A stretch of DNA of 63,394 nucleotides, filler included, from Globobulimina sp. (GCA_003354225.1; 41 parts of 41 records of this genome joined end to end with filler, not necessarily neighbours in it); one strand, 5' to 3'; counted from the whole stretch's first letter, positions 1 to 13,169 are shown. Notes: generated by a model from the letters alone, not told the origin. Made by a program: numbers and translations.

Positions 1-201
1 TGTAGTCAAAACCTTCCGACAAAGTACTGTTGTAACATCGTTGTAGGCAAATGCGAGATCTCTATTTAATTTAATTTAGTCAACTGTTTTTTTGTCACAG
101 TGCATGCGAATCTAACTCGCCTCAAAGAAAATGAACACGCCTTTAGGTATCTACTATATCGCACAAACAAATCATCATAAACACCATTGACCACTTTATT
201 A

Positions 202-1450
202 ATGTTTACAGAATTAATATTCATATCATGTATGATATTGATTATAACCGTCACACACTCTTTTCAGTCAACATTGACATTATCAGAGGAATATCCTGGA
301 TTTGACGGAATTGATAGAAATATTCTTGACTGCGATTCAAATACAAAAGATGGTTTATTTACATTCGATTCTGGTCGCGGCATCGCTTATTTTGCATTAT
401 CAAATTCCATGTTTTATCTCGAATACTATGCACCTACACTTTATTGGACAGGGCACTCTCCGGCAGGTTAAGTATTACATATTACATATGCATCAATTCT
501 CGATTTTCATCGGGTTTGTCGGAAAAAAAAACAGATCAATCCGTAGGTGATAGAAATTTTAAATGCGTGGACTGTTTACAAAACAATAACGATGATACGA
601 CAGAATGTAAAAATGATTGTATCGCCGATCATATTTTTGTAGTTACCGGACAAAGTGAAGACGCACAATTATGGATCTCTTTGGAATTACAAATCAATCA
701 AGATTTAAAATTACCAAATCTCAAAAATATAAATGAAATTAACAACCAACAAATAACCAAAGTGCAAGTTTGTGAGAATAATGGACTCGGCGAATGTTAT
801 AAATATATCCATGTTAAATATTATCGCAACTATGAAAACCGACATGGTGATAAATTTGAATTTGCTGACGATAATCAAGCCTGTTTTTCGTGGATTACAT
901 CAAATCCAGCCGAAGGTGCGTTTGTTACCGCAGTCAAAGCCTCCGACGTGTTCAATTATGGCATTGTGTGCGCTGAGACTCAGCCAATGCCGAACTGCTA
1001 TCATCCAGATGATGATGAATATGAAGAAAATATTATATTGCCATCAAATGATCCATTTATTATTCCAGATAATAGTATGTTTTTAATTTATTTTCCCCGT
1101 TTTCGCTAAAAACAGTTTGTTAATATAAAAAAGCATGTAAAGCAAACGATTTGTCGCTAGTTTTTGTGGTGGATTTAAGCGATTCGATTGATAAAAGTTC
1201 AATGGATATCGGTAAACAATGGATTCAGCAAACTATTGATTATGGAAAACAGCTTTTAAGTCAACACGATTTACACTTTCGATCCTCATTAATTACCTTT
1301 TCTTTGCGAGCGAAATTAGAATGGAATTTAGATGCAAATCAAGATGAAATTAGCGCTGTGTTACAGAATTTGGACCGACCGCATGATGCATTAATTGAAG
1401 AAGGTTTGACATTTACGAAGGATGCGTTGCAAAGTGTGATTGATAACGTA
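202..1450 (+). CDS. Secreted C-type-lectin-like + von Willebrand A domain protein, 3' partial (exons 202-466, 535-1074, 1134->1450)
   Basis: Hydrophobic signal peptide. GT-AG introns 467-534 and 1075-1133 join three ORFs in phase. vWA start DLSLVFVVDLSDS contains a DxSxS MIDAS motif. Confidence 0.75.
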
Positions 1451-1550
1451 NNNNNNNNNNNNNNNNNNNNNNNNNNNNNNNNNNNNNNNNNNNNTTAATT
1501 AATTAANNNNNNNNNNNNNNNNNNNNNNNNNNNNNNNNNNNNNNNNNNNN
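1451..1550. other. Artificial contig linker (first of 40 identical linkers, spaced ~1.55 kb)
   Basis: 44 N + TTAATTAATTAA (stops in all six frames) + 44 N. Contig lengths decrease monotonically from 1450 to 1447 bp. Confidence 0.99.
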
Positions 1551-2391
1551 ACTCACTTAATATGTTAATAACCCACCATCTCACAAATATATCATACGAT
1601 TTACAAACAGATCCAATATCTGCACAATGCAATGCTATGCCCATCACATCTTTTTTATGTCCATTCATTACATCATTTGGGTCACAAATTGTATGTAAAT
1701 AATCAAGTCGAGCAATATGACTTTGATGGCTTTCCGGAGCTGTTCCTAATATCATATCATTCATATTTTCGGCGATATATTTTGTTTCTAACTTTGTAAA
1801 ATTCTCCAAAAATCCATTCCATTTTTTGTCAGCTAACACTTGCAAGCTTTCGTTTGAATGCATATATTCCAATAAAGGAGTTTTCTCCTTATATTTGATA
1901 GCTATTTCATGGTTTGTTTCGAGCAAAAAAGCTGAATTAAAACCCGGATGTTTATAATCATGGCATGCTGCACTTAATAAAATAATCAGTTTATCCAAAT
2001 CGGAAATAATTAAGTTACTTTTGATCAAAAAATGAAAGGAATTGAGCATAACATCTGTTGCATGTAAGGATGAATGATATGGAATGTCTAAATATCCCGA
2101 TTCTATTTTATGCAGAAATAGTAACAATTTATCTTGTGATACATTTAGCTTTTTATATAGATCCAATTGCAGGAACAAATAATTAGCGCAGATTAATAAT
2201 GTGTGCCGCCTGCAAATTTCATGTAGTTTAAAAATATTCCAATTTGTAAAATCTGCCGTCGACATCATACCATCAGTCAACAACTCAGTTACTTTTCTCA
2301 TTAAAGAAAACCGGAAAAATTCAACTAATTCAACTGGTTTCTCATTGTCCTCTTTCAGTTTGTCATTGCCATCGTACTCTAAAGGTCGCAT
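1551..2391 (-). CDS. Class I cyclic-nucleotide phosphodiesterase catalytic domain, partial
   Basis: YHSSLHATDV, HDYKHPGFNS, LEYMH and LHCADIG motifs. Confidence 0.93.
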
Positions 2392-2788
2392 TTTTCGTGT
2401 TGAAGATGATGATAGTTATGATTTAACCACTGATTGGGTGCAGTTGTTGGTAATGTTGCAGTCTTTGTAGTGTTTAAATAGTTGCTGTTGGTTGTACAGT
2501 ACGTCTTGGTGTCGCAAATTTAATTTAGCTAATGCTATAATTGTCTTATTACTGTATCATAATTCGTTAAATTTATCACACGCCGTCATTGGTATGTACG
2601 TGTTTCAGCTGCATCAGAGTCAGATAGTTCTATTAAATAGTACTGAAATGATGAGCTTGTTGGCGTTTACCAGCCATCCAATATTTTTGTTGCAGTCTTC
2701 TGTCATGATTAACCTCTGAGTTATCTTAAAAAACTAAAATAAAAACAAGCTGTGTCGGACTGCACATCACTGCACTTCTTCTTTTAAT

Positions 2789-3000
2789 ATGGGTTGTTGT
2801 ACCTCCAAACCACATGACACAGAATTCCAAGCCACACAATCACACAGCACATTTTCACAAATCACAACCACACAAAATGGTACAAATTCAGCATCGCCAC
2901 TTGATTTTAGCACTAAAATAGACAATAAGGAGTCCAAAAAAAAAGAAACAGCAAAAGAAAATGATATCGCTAGCAAAGATGATTGGGATCTGGATGCATC
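2789..3000 (+). CDS. Putative N-myristoylated/palmitoylated protein, 3' partial
   Basis: MGCCTS N-terminus. Confidence 0.6.
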
Positions 3001-3100
3001 NNNNNNNNNNNNNNNNNNNNNNNNNNNNNNNNNNNNNNNNNNNNTTAATTAATTAANNNNNNNNNNNNNNNNNNNNNNNNNNNNNNNNNNNNNNNNNNNN

Positions 3101-3926
3101 ATATATTTATCGTTTTTGTTTTGATCGATGCTCCAAATATCAATCTCCAAAATATATAAAATCAAATAAAATATTTGAGCAATTCCTATCATTGATATTG
3201 ACCACACATAACGTGTTACACGCGTATAACAACTGCATTTTGTATTTCTTTGATAGAGACCAATGGATAAATCAAGTGGCTGCGCAATTGGTAATTTACA
3301 AATACATAATAATGATACAATAATATTCAAAGCAATTGGTGCACAATGTACATATGATAATATCTGAAGATTTATCACTGAAATATCAGCAATTTCAATC
3401 AATACGGATACCACAATAACAATCAACAAGTATACTGCAGATAATATTAATAAGGCATATATAAATTTTTTTAAACCATGTTTCCTTACACATAATTTTG
3501 AGGCAAAACCAAATAAATCAGCAAATAAAGCCAACCAACACGATAATATTAAACAATCGATCGTAAAATTTAACCATAATACAACATATGAACCAAGTAA
3601 ACGTACAATATTTTCGATATTATCGTTGCGAACAAATGGTTGATGAATTTTTATTTCATGCAATACAATTAATAATACCATTGCTGCATTTGTCAATAAT
3701 GTAATCCAATATATTGGAGTTAATGCCGCGACAATTCCTCTCTATTTAAATATAAATAATGTAATCAATCGCATATAAAAAATGCATTTAATACCTGGCG
3801 ACCATATGTTAAACAGTTGGATAATAATTTTAGGGTCGAGTAAACTAATAAAATCCAGAAAGCAATTCCTATCACAACTAAGCAAATATTAAAATATGAA
3901 GGAACATTTGTGTCGATCGAAACCAT
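3101..3926 (-). CDS. Multi-pass (7TM-like) membrane protein, 3' partial (exons 3926-3795, 3741->3101)
   Basis: ATG at 3926. A phase-0 GT-AG intron 3794-3742 joins into the 3696 ORF. About six hydrophobic helices. Confidence 0.7.
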
Positions 3927-4146
3927 TGTGGATCAAAGAATGTTTTTTAAAAAGATAGCCCCCTTGTAAACCATTATCATGGTTCTCGTTTGTTGGAAAC
4001 GGAAGAGAAATATCCAGTATACATTGGTTGGCTTATATACCTGAATATGTCGTTAAATGGTTGGTCCCAATCACTTGCAAGTCGCAAAGGGTTATCGAAA
4101 TTATGGTTTATTATGCATATTTGACAATGATTACAACAAAAATGGA

Positions 4147-4550
4147 TCAGGTCCCAAACTTATTTTTAATTTCATTATAAATCTCATTTGATAGTTTTAT
4201 ATTGTTATTATTTTTAGCTCCAGAAAGTAACGCCACCCACATTGTTTTGCCATTATTCGTATCTTGATATCGATCCTCTGTATTTAAACATTTATACCTT
4301 TGATATTCCGATATTATATTTTTTGCTTCTTTTATTGCGCCATTTTTTGAAAAACAAGCAACTAAACTCGTTACAACATATGAATCATATTTAATTTTGT
4401 TATTTTTTATATCATTTTCCCATATTTTATGTGCAAATACAACATCATTACAGTGACCAATTGCATTAATTAATAAAATATAAAATTTACGATCAACATA
4501 TTTATAAATATTATTTGCCATAAACATACTATAAAATTGTTTCAGTTTCT
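4147..4550 (-). CDS. Pentatricopeptide-repeat protein with an E-motif-like segment, partial
   Basis: PPR-like units (LLINAIGHC; VTSLVACFSKNGAIKEAKNII) followed by MWVALLSGA...N..L, as in plant PLS-E proteins. Confidence 0.75.
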
Positions 4551-4653
4551 NNNNNNNNNNNNNNNNNNNNNNNNNNNNNNNNNNNNNNNNNNNNTTAATT
4601 AATTAANNNNNNNNNNNNNNNNNNNNNNNNNNNNNNNNNNNNNNNNNNNNAAG

Positions 4654-6100
4654 TTATAAGTTATCAACCAATTTATTTATATTTTGTACGCATTTCTGTA
4701 AAATCCTTTCTTGCTGAAATTTAATTTTATATTTAACTTTGGCGTTATTCATTTTCCTCAATGGTTTATTCACTCTTTTCGCGATTTCTAATTTTGAACA
4801 CATAATTTTTTGAACAGTTCGAACTTGTCTATTTACATCACTTTGTCTCAAATTAATTAAAAACTTATTATGTTGCCGTGAATCATCATACATAGTATGC
4901 ACACCAACAAAAAATAACTCCGTGGTCAATTCAAATAAAACAAAATCTAATCTATGAATTTGCAATCTCTCCGATAATATATCCAATGTGTCATCCCTAT
5001 GAAATATCGCTTTGTAACAATTAACGTCATGTTTGGCAAAAAAAAGGAAAAAAGTTAATATCTTATTCACCAAATTTAAATGCGGCAAACTACGATTACT
5101 ATTTCGCAACACCTTATATAATGAACCAATAATGTTATGTTCCACAATCCGATTGCTTATATTTGGTACAATTTTTAGTAAACAACATAATGTATCACAC
5201 GATTCCGACACACCGTATAATGTTCGCGATTTGCTCAATTTTGATAAGGCATCTTCTAATAAATAATTTACAGTCAATTCTTTTTTCCAATTCTTATGTG
5301 CATTGTGCACTTTACGTACAATCTTTTGTAATTCCCCATTCTGAGCACATTCCATCCGCAATAACTTCCCTCTCGACACAGCCTGAACCTTTATCACTTT
5401 CTCAATGTATCCAGCTTTGTTTTGTCGTTTATATTCCATATATCTCCGTTTGTACATTGCACCAACAAACCAAGACTGTATGTAACTCGCTGCATTGTTT
5501 CGCATAGCAATATATCGCCGTTTCTCATCGACCGTACTTCGGAATTTATGCATTCTCCATAAGGATACCAGAGATAACACACATTTTTTCTTACGTTGAT
5601 ATCGCATATATTTAATATATTTTTTCCTATTCATAGTCCCTTTGAACCAGGACTGGATATAAACAGTTGCCTCATTTCGTTTTCTTTGTTTCTCTTCGTG
5701 CTGATATTCAATGTAAATTCTTCGATACATTGCACCAACAAACCAAGACTGTATATAACTCGCTGCATTATTTCGCATGGCGATATATCGTCGTTTCTCA
5801 TCGACCATACTTCGAAATTTATGCATTCTCCATAAGGACAACATAGATAAAACACATTGTTTTTTGCGTTGATGTCGCATGTAATGAATATATTTTTTCC
5901 TACATATACTCCCTTTAAACCATGATTGAATACAAATACTTGCTTCGTTTCGTTGTTTCTCTTCGTGTTGATATTGAAGGTACATTCTTCGATACATTAC
6001 ACCAACAAACCATGACTGTATGTAACTCGCTGCATTATTTTGCATGGCAATATATCGTCGTTTCTCCGCAAGCTTCTTTCGAAATTTATGCATTCTCCAT
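4654..6100 (-). CDS. ASPM: Abnormal spindle (ASPM)-like protein C-terminus, 5' partial
   Basis: Multiple IQ motifs (IQSWF.G...R) followed by a HEAT/ARM-like domain with RNSNRSLPH. Confidence 0.8.
5430..6100 (-). repeat. About 2.5 tandem copies of a ~270-nt coding unit (IQ-motif block)
   Basis: MHKFR...RRYIAM.NNAASYIQSWFVG recurs about every 90 aa, with near-identical DNA. Confidence 0.85.
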
Positions 6101-6200
6101 NNNNNNNNNNNNNNNNNNNNNNNNNNNNNNNNNNNNNNNNNNNNTTAATTAATTAANNNNNNNNNNNNNNNNNNNNNNNNNNNNNNNNNNNNNNNNNNNN

Positions 6201-6710
6201 TTCCAAGCATAGAATAGCAAAAGGTAATCTATCCATAATATGTTTGTGCCACTGCAAGGCGATGAGATGTGGGTTGGTGTGGTTAATACAAAAACATATG
6301 GCATTACAAATGAGATTGAAAAGAAATTTGGTTCATTGTTATATTATGGAGGCAGAGAAATGAGTATAACGAATAACGTAACATACAACAAATGGGATAA
6401 TGGGAAGGGTGCAATTCATGCTTTTGGCCAAGTACTTAAAACTGTGGAGTATTATAGGTCTGGCGATTGGATCTCATTCTTAATTCATTTAAATGAAAAT
6501 GCGCCCAATTGTAAAATTTATAAAAACGGAAATAAAATATTTGATATTCCTGCATTGCCATTCACATCAAAAGGACCTATTATTAATAATCTCTCACAAA
6601 ATAGAAACGACGACCATGGCATATATTTCTGTGTTGTTGTCGATTATTCAATGGATAGTTTTGTTGTGGAAGAGGTTATTTACACGCAAAGTGTTGTTAA
6701 TGTGACATGA
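6201..6710 (+). CDS. SPRY/B30.2-like domain protein, 5' partial
   Basis: MWVGV...LLYYG...Y.SGDWISF...KIYKNG pattern. Confidence 0.6.
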
Positions 6711-6791
6711 TTCATTTATTTTTAATGTTTTTTTTCAGTGAATATAAAAACAGTGTATGAATTTACAAATCATCATATTCACAATTCACAA

Positions 6792-7472
6792 TCATTGTTT
6801 TTTATTGTCAAATTGCAAATTATTGGTCAAAAACTGTTGATTTTGTGTTTGTTTGCGTTTATCAAATTCATCGTTTGGTAAATGATTCCCGCCAACAATA
6901 TTATGTCCAGTTAAATTTGTCTCATTCTGCTTCTCATTCTGTTTATTTTCCGTTTTAAATTGATTAATATCGACATCTTTAATTTTTTGTGCAATCCAAA
7001 AAGGGCAATTATAATGCATTTGAAGCATGGAATTTTGAGATTGCGCATAACCACATTTAACCGCATCATTTTTGGTGTTTTCATAAATTATTTTAAATCC
7101 AAATATCGGCAGTAAATTCATAATCTCTTCGTATGTTAACTCAATGGATGGGTCGGGATTAGATTCATCCTCAAAATGATACAACAACGGTCCCAAATTT
7201 ATCACATATCCGTTCAGTCGTAAACACTGATTAAAGATTGACAAATATTGCAATATGTTATGTGCAGTATCAATAAAAAAGCAGCTAACAATTACATCCC
7301 AGGCTAAATGATGCTGTTTCCGCGCATAAATCTCACAAAAATCGCCGGCTACCATGGATAATAAGTCCTTTCTCTCCAAATCTGATATTTGGTGCATCAA
7401 TGCCGACGGTGAGACATCGGGAATCTTACAATAATGCAATTGCTGCTTAACCGACCATTGATTGGTTGCTTG
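6792..7472 (-). CDS. CARNMT1: Carnosine N-methyltransferase (N2227 family), 5' truncated at a chimeric junction
   Basis: IPDVSP, SMVAGDFCEIY, SCFFIDTAHNI, INLGPLLYHF and SIELTYEE motifs. Confidence 0.88.
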   Translation of the reverse strand, partial: QATNQWSVKQQLHYCKIPDVSPSALMHQISDLERKDLLSMVAGDFCEIYARKQHHLAWDVIVSCFFIDTAHNILQYLSIFNQCLRLNGYVINLGPLLYHFEDESNPDPSIELTYEEIMNLLPIFGFKIIYENTKNDAVKCGYAQSQNSMLQMHYNCPFWIAQKIKDVDINQFKTENKQNEKQNETNLTGHNIVGGNHLPNDEFDKRKQTQNQQFLTNNLQFDNKKQ

Positions 7473-7474
7473 AC

Positions 7475-7650
7475 TTTCTGGAGTGGAAGTCGAACAGGAG
7501 TCCGCAGACCTCGCGTTCGAATTCTACGCACTGGCCTGGGTGACGACCCATTATCTCGCGCTTCATCCCGAGCGAGTGCTGAAGCTGAACAGAATGCTCG
7601 AAGCCCAGGCAAACGGGGCGAGCTGGGAAGATGCCTACGACGCCGCCTTC
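7475..7650 (+). CDS. GC-rich bacterial ORF fragment (DUF1570-like FYAxxWxxxHYL motif)
   Basis: Abrupt GC rise and bacterial codon usage: FYALAWVTTHYL...AYDAAF. Confidence 0.55.
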
Positions 7651-8019
7651 NNNNNNNNNNNNNNNNNNNNNNNNNNNNNNNNNNNNNNNNNNNNTTAATT
7701 AATTAANNNNNNNNNNNNNNNNNNNNNNNNNNNNNNNNNNNNNNNNNNNNCTTGTTTTCTGTATACTGTGTTTAGCGCAATTTCGCCTCTCGTGTTTGTC
7801 CATTGTGGCGTTTGGTGTGTTTTTTGCAAGAAAAGAAAACATTTCAAATACCAATAAAAACCATTTCAACAGCACTTTGCCAAATTACTTTTGGTTAATA
7901 TTGCTTGTTGAATTTATATATTGTTAATGTATCATAGAGGACATTCAAATCAATCAATACGATACAATAATCAACATAACAAGTTACCTATTTGCAAGTA
8001 CATTTGTATATAAATCACT

Positions 8020-9200
8020 GTGTCACTAATTACAAATTATGGATCCAAATTACGGCAAACCTTGTTAATACATAGCATGAAGAGAATAAATGCACATAAA
8101 TTTGGCAATGTGTCATTATCGCCTCACTCCTATAATAATCTATCATTATCTCCTCGTTCTCCTCGTTCCTCTTCGCCCACATTGTCCTACGAGTTGGCGT
8201 ACCAAACACAATTAACTGCCAACAGAAAAAACGGCTCTGCGAAAACACCCAAACAAATGGAATTTATGAGCAAAATAACAGAGGAAAGCAACCACCATTT
8301 AGTGAACCATATAATACAGCTGACCCCCACACCGCCGCCACCACCAACCCCACCAACGCATTGCTCGCCAATTGCAAAAAACACACCAACTGCCACAATG
8401 GACAAACACGAGAGGCGAAATTGCGCTAAACACAGTATACAGAAAACAAGGCATTACTCAGACGAGATCACCGTCGATCCGTACTACAAATGGACAGAAA
8501 ACAGTGCCCAAATACACCAACAGACGCAGCCACCAAAAATGATCAACTCCACTTCAAACAGATCCTATCGGAAGTACAAAACTCGCAAAACACACAAGAA
8601 ACACAAAAAACACAAACATTATAATAGCGACTCGCATCACATATTAGCACAGCCACATAAACACAAATCTGCCTCCAAATCTAAACGGAAAAAACACAGA
8701 GACCGCGCCCATTCCACAAGCACAGTGTTGTCAGAAAACAACAGCACCATAGCCATCACCTACATGCATGACGGCGACGATGCGTATTATTATGCGTATG
8801 AATCGAAACAATCGTCACAAGATTCCTATGCGGCAAAGCTAAAAACGCAGAAACATAATCGGCCGCAGACCGCCAGAGATCACAAACGGACATCCAAACA
8901 CAACAAAATACGCTCCAACGGCACCGTAATTACCCCCAACAAAGCACACGGACACAATCATTACAAATCGCAATCGGATGGCCACAAAATCCATTCGCAG
9001 ACACAGACAAAGTCCAAAACGAAGGGGAAGTCGAAATTGGTGAAAAAAAAGAGCAAAAAGTCCAATTTCAATCAAGAAGCTATGGATTATATGTCTGCCG
9101 AGCAACAATTGTTGTATTTATACGATTACACATCGGGCAATGTGTTGAACCGTAGCAGTGCCTCAGTCACCAGCAGCAATACACAGACACGGACACGAAC
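8020..9200 (+). CDS. His/Lys/Ser-rich low-complexity hypothetical protein, partial
   Basis: About 390 open codons, no recognisable domain. Confidence 0.6.
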
Positions 9201-9300
9201 NNNNNNNNNNNNNNNNNNNNNNNNNNNNNNNNNNNNNNNNNNNNTTAATTAATTAANNNNNNNNNNNNNNNNNNNNNNNNNNNNNNNNNNNNNNNNNNNN

Positions 9301-9692
9301 TAAAACAAGAAATAAATAATTTATTGGATGATAAAAAAGAAATGGAATTAGAAATCAATGAATTAAGAGAAGAGAATCAGAGATTAAATGGGAATAATTT
9401 GGATTATGCGTTATGGCGGGAATGGGATTCAAAAAAAGTGTTTTATTTTATTATGAATACAGCGAATGACGGCTCCTTAAAGCCATACCAAGAAAGCATA
9501 AAAAAAGAGATATTTGAGTCAGAATATACTGGCAAAGACTTAGCAGAAATTGAATTTTATCATATTCAATCAATGGGAATTAAAAAAATCAGTGCAAGAA
9601 ATGCTGTCTATAAAGCAATTCAAAAACTTATTCAAAACAAACCGCAAATGAATGAAGGAATTGCTTCAAATGAGCCAACTCCATACTTATGA
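9301..9692 (+). CDS. Coiled-coil + SAM-like domain protein C-terminus
   Basis: W.EW...V..FI ... YTGKDL ... MGIK ... IQKL. Same family as 12446-13063. Confidence 0.6.
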
Positions 9693-10850
9693 TTTTCTTT
9701 TTTTTTTAATTTTAATCTGTAATAATTATTATATCCTTGCACTTCATTACTAAGCTTGACATAGGAAGCGAGCACTTATCCAACATTCAAAGATTACAAT
9801 TGGCGTAGACTTTAATTATTCATTTTGAATATAAATGGTTATTGTCTGGTTGCTGATTTTATTGTGTCAACACTAGAATTGATTGCAGCCGACGTTGCAT
9901 TGGCTACTTTGTTCCCAGTGGTGATTAGATCGTCTCATATCTGTAATTTTAAATGAGTTTAATATATTTTATATCTTGCATATGACACATATTCAATTGC
10001 ACATAATCTGTTGCAAAATATCTCTACGTTGGACTTTGAAATGCATTTAAATTGCTCTATAAACAATGAGCAGTACACAAGATATCCACACAGCAAATAT
10101 TATTTTGTTGATTTGCATTGGACATTATAGGGATTCTTATTTGAACATAGTAGCAAGGCGTTCATATGACAAAAAAATCTAAACATCCAATATTATATTA
10201 TTGATGCATCTAACATAAATATTTAAACAATTTTATCATATTTTCCCGAGATTTGAGAAGGTAGATCTTTATGTATTGCTTTTTCCATTTGTATACGACT
10301 GACTATATATTTTGAATGCATACAAATGGAAAGCAATAATATAAACACGCAGAAAACATGGAGAAAAAACACAACAAACAAAATAACACAACAAACACAT
10401 GCAAATGTCATGTTATAATGGCAATGACAGAATGACTAACTGTTTTGCTACATTTACTAAATTCGTTCATTACTAATTGCGTAAATAGTATTGTTTAAAA
10501 TGGGTGCACTGAGCTGAACACGTTCCCTTAGACGTAAATCAATCAGTATTGAATTGCGAGTTTGCGACTGAAATAAATTAATAATTATATGCGTTGAATA
10601 TGCTTGCAAATGCGTTGTGAATATATTACTGATGACATTGTGGCAAATGCGTTGAATATGCTTGCAAAGCATGCCGCCAATAATATAATATCACCGTTGT
10701 TATTTACAAATAATATTTAATGTTTCAGCGATACCAATCCATTCATTGGANNNNNNNNNNNNNNNNNNNNNNNNNNNNNNNNNNNNNNNNNNNNTTAATT
10801 AATTAANNNNNNNNNNNNNNNNNNNNNNNNNNNNNNNNNNNNNNNNNNNN

Positions 10851-12300
10851 CATGCATAAATGCGTGTGCGCACTGGTGAGTGCATGACCACACGCATGCA
10901 TTCGCCCATACGCACATGACTACACGCAAGTGTGCGCATACACAGTTGTATACGCATATGTGTGTGTGCATTCATGCGTGCATGCATGCTCGTTTGATGA
11001 ATCATGCCAATGTGTGTATGTCTGTATGCGTGCATTGTTGCGCAGGCGCATATGTGCACGCATGTGTAATCACATGCGTGTATGTGCATGTGCGTGTGCG
11101 TGCGCATTGGTAGTAACCACAAGTTGCATATGTATGTATGTGTGCTCACGCGTATGCGCATGCACCTACACACATGCACGCATGCGCACATGCATGCACA
11201 TGCACGCACATGAATTACGGCATGCGCTTATATTCAAACACACATGCATACACGCACATTCCTAAGTGCACATATGCATCGTCGCACATGCATACTTACA
11301 ACGTGGTGTGCACGCGCACTCACACACATCCACACATGCGTTCATGGGCATGCGCATACATGCATACGATCATACACAAGCCCACATGCACACACACATG
11401 CACACTTGCACACACATGTGCATACACACACATGCACCGTTGTATGTACACATACACCTGTGCCCGCGCCCGCGCATGCGCACACACACACATTAGCGCG
11501 CTCTTGCATTCATATACATATATTCATGCACGCGCACACATGAGTACATATGTACACATGTGTACACTGCCATGCCTACACACATTCATACACATGCACA
11601 CGCAGACGCACGTGCACAACAGTGCATGCGTACATTCATGCATACGTGCGTGCGTGCATGCATACATTGCTGTACGCATACAGTGTTGCATACGCACACT
11701 TGCATAAGTACTTGCTTGCGCATGCGCACACACGTCCGTACATGCATGTTCATGCACATACCATGCACACATGCGCACGCATGCGCACGCATGCTACTGC
11801 ACAGATGCATGCGCACAACATGCAGGTGTGCGCGCGTTCATGCATACCACGCACCCATACACGCGCGTGATATTACACTGCGCGCCAAATCACTAATATA
11901 TATATATGTATGTATATACATAGATATATATATATATATGTACTTTACGAGCGTGCATACATGTATGCACAGGTGTGCACACACATATGCGTGCATGCAC
12001 ACGCACACGCACACACATATGATCATGCGCATACACACATACGCATGTGTGAATGCATGCACGCATACACCTATATGTATAACAAACCATCACGCACATG
12101 CGCATGCAATCACACACATTCGCACGCGTTTATAATACGTTCATCAATGCTAACATGTATGCGCGCACACGCGTGCGCTCATACTTGCATATCAGCACAT
12201 GCATGTGCGCACGCGAATCGATGCGATCGTATGTTCAATCAAACACTTGCATATGCGTGCGTGAGTGCACCACTCAACAATGCATATACACATGCATGAA
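10851..12300. repeat. Degenerate alternating purine-pyrimidine (CA/TG/CG/TA) low-complexity tract filling the whole contig
   Basis: Near-continuous RY alternation (CATGCACACGCATGTGTG...). Confidence 0.92.
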
Positions 12301-12445
12301 NNNNNNNNNNNNNNNNNNNNNNNNNNNNNNNNNNNNNNNNNNNNTTAATTAATTAANNNNNNNNNNNNNNNNNNNNNNNNNNNNNNNNNNNNNNNNNNNN
12401 TGTTCAAAAGCATTTATATCTGTTATACAATTATATAATCATTTT

Positions 12446-13063
12446 ATGGAAGACAATAAGCAGTATATTGATAAATTGCAATCTAAATTTGATAAAATAT
12501 GGAATACATTCGAGTTCCAATGGATGATATGGACTGCTCGAGATATAATTGCTTGGTTCAAATATAAAACAATAAAAATGAAAACAAAAGAAATGGATTG
12601 GGAAAGGATAGAAAAACAATTAGAATCCAGAAATATTACAGGTAAATCGTTGAAAAAATTTAATGATTTAACTTTTGAATTAATTGGAATGGATGATTTT
12701 GATGTTGTTACTCATTTAGTCTCCGGAATTGAGTTATTGATCATGCAAAACAATGGTGATAAAAAGAGCGGAATTGCAGTTATTCCAAAAACTTATTTGT
12801 GTCCAATTACAAAACAAATTATGCGAGATCCAGTGATTGCATTTGATGGTCATAGTTATGATAGAAATCCGATTGAAAGTTATTTAAAAATTCATAAAAA
12901 ATCGCCAATTACTGGTGCCAATGCAGATTATATCATTGTATTTCCAAATAATAAACTTAAGACAGAAATACAATCATTTATTGTCACAAATAACATTGAT
13001 TTGGAGAAACAACATGAATCAATGAATTCGAATGAAGGAAAGAATGACACTGACTATGTTTGA
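12446..13063 (+). CDS. SAM-like + U-box domain protein, probably 5' partial
   Basis: IPKTYLCPITKQIMRDPVIAFDGHSYDR..I..YL....SPIT...FPN..LK is a U-box. Confidence 0.88.
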   Translation: MEDNKQYIDKLQSKFDKIWNTFEFQWMIWTARDIIAWFKYKTIKMKTKEMDWERIEKQLESRNITGKSLKKFNDLTFELIGMDDFDVVTHLVSGIELLIMQNNGDKKSGIAVIPKTYLCPITKQIMRDPVIAFDGHSYDRNPIESYLKIHKKSPITGANADYIIVFPNNKLKTEIQSFIVTNNIDLEKQHESMNSNEGKNDTDYV

Positions 13064-13169
13064 ATGAATGTGTGTGTGATGTATTTAGTGTACAGTTCAA
13101 GCATTCGAAACGGTGTAATTTACTGTTTTCGAAACGGTACTAATTTTAAAGTTCACTGGATTTTGTTGC

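Noticed and set aside
2392-2560. In-frame TAA upstream of the PDE ORF, suggesting stop-codon reassignment
   Set aside because: Only ~40 open codons with no homology, and TAA, TAG and TGA all terminate well-conserved genes elsewhere in the window.
9900-10750. Possible membrane-protein gene on the minus strand
   Set aside because: Hydrophobic fragments are broken by many stops, and no consistent splice model was found.
10799-12352. His/Cys/Met-rich metal-binding proteins in many frames
   Set aside because: RY alternation suppresses stop codons, so the ORFs are by-products of the repeat.
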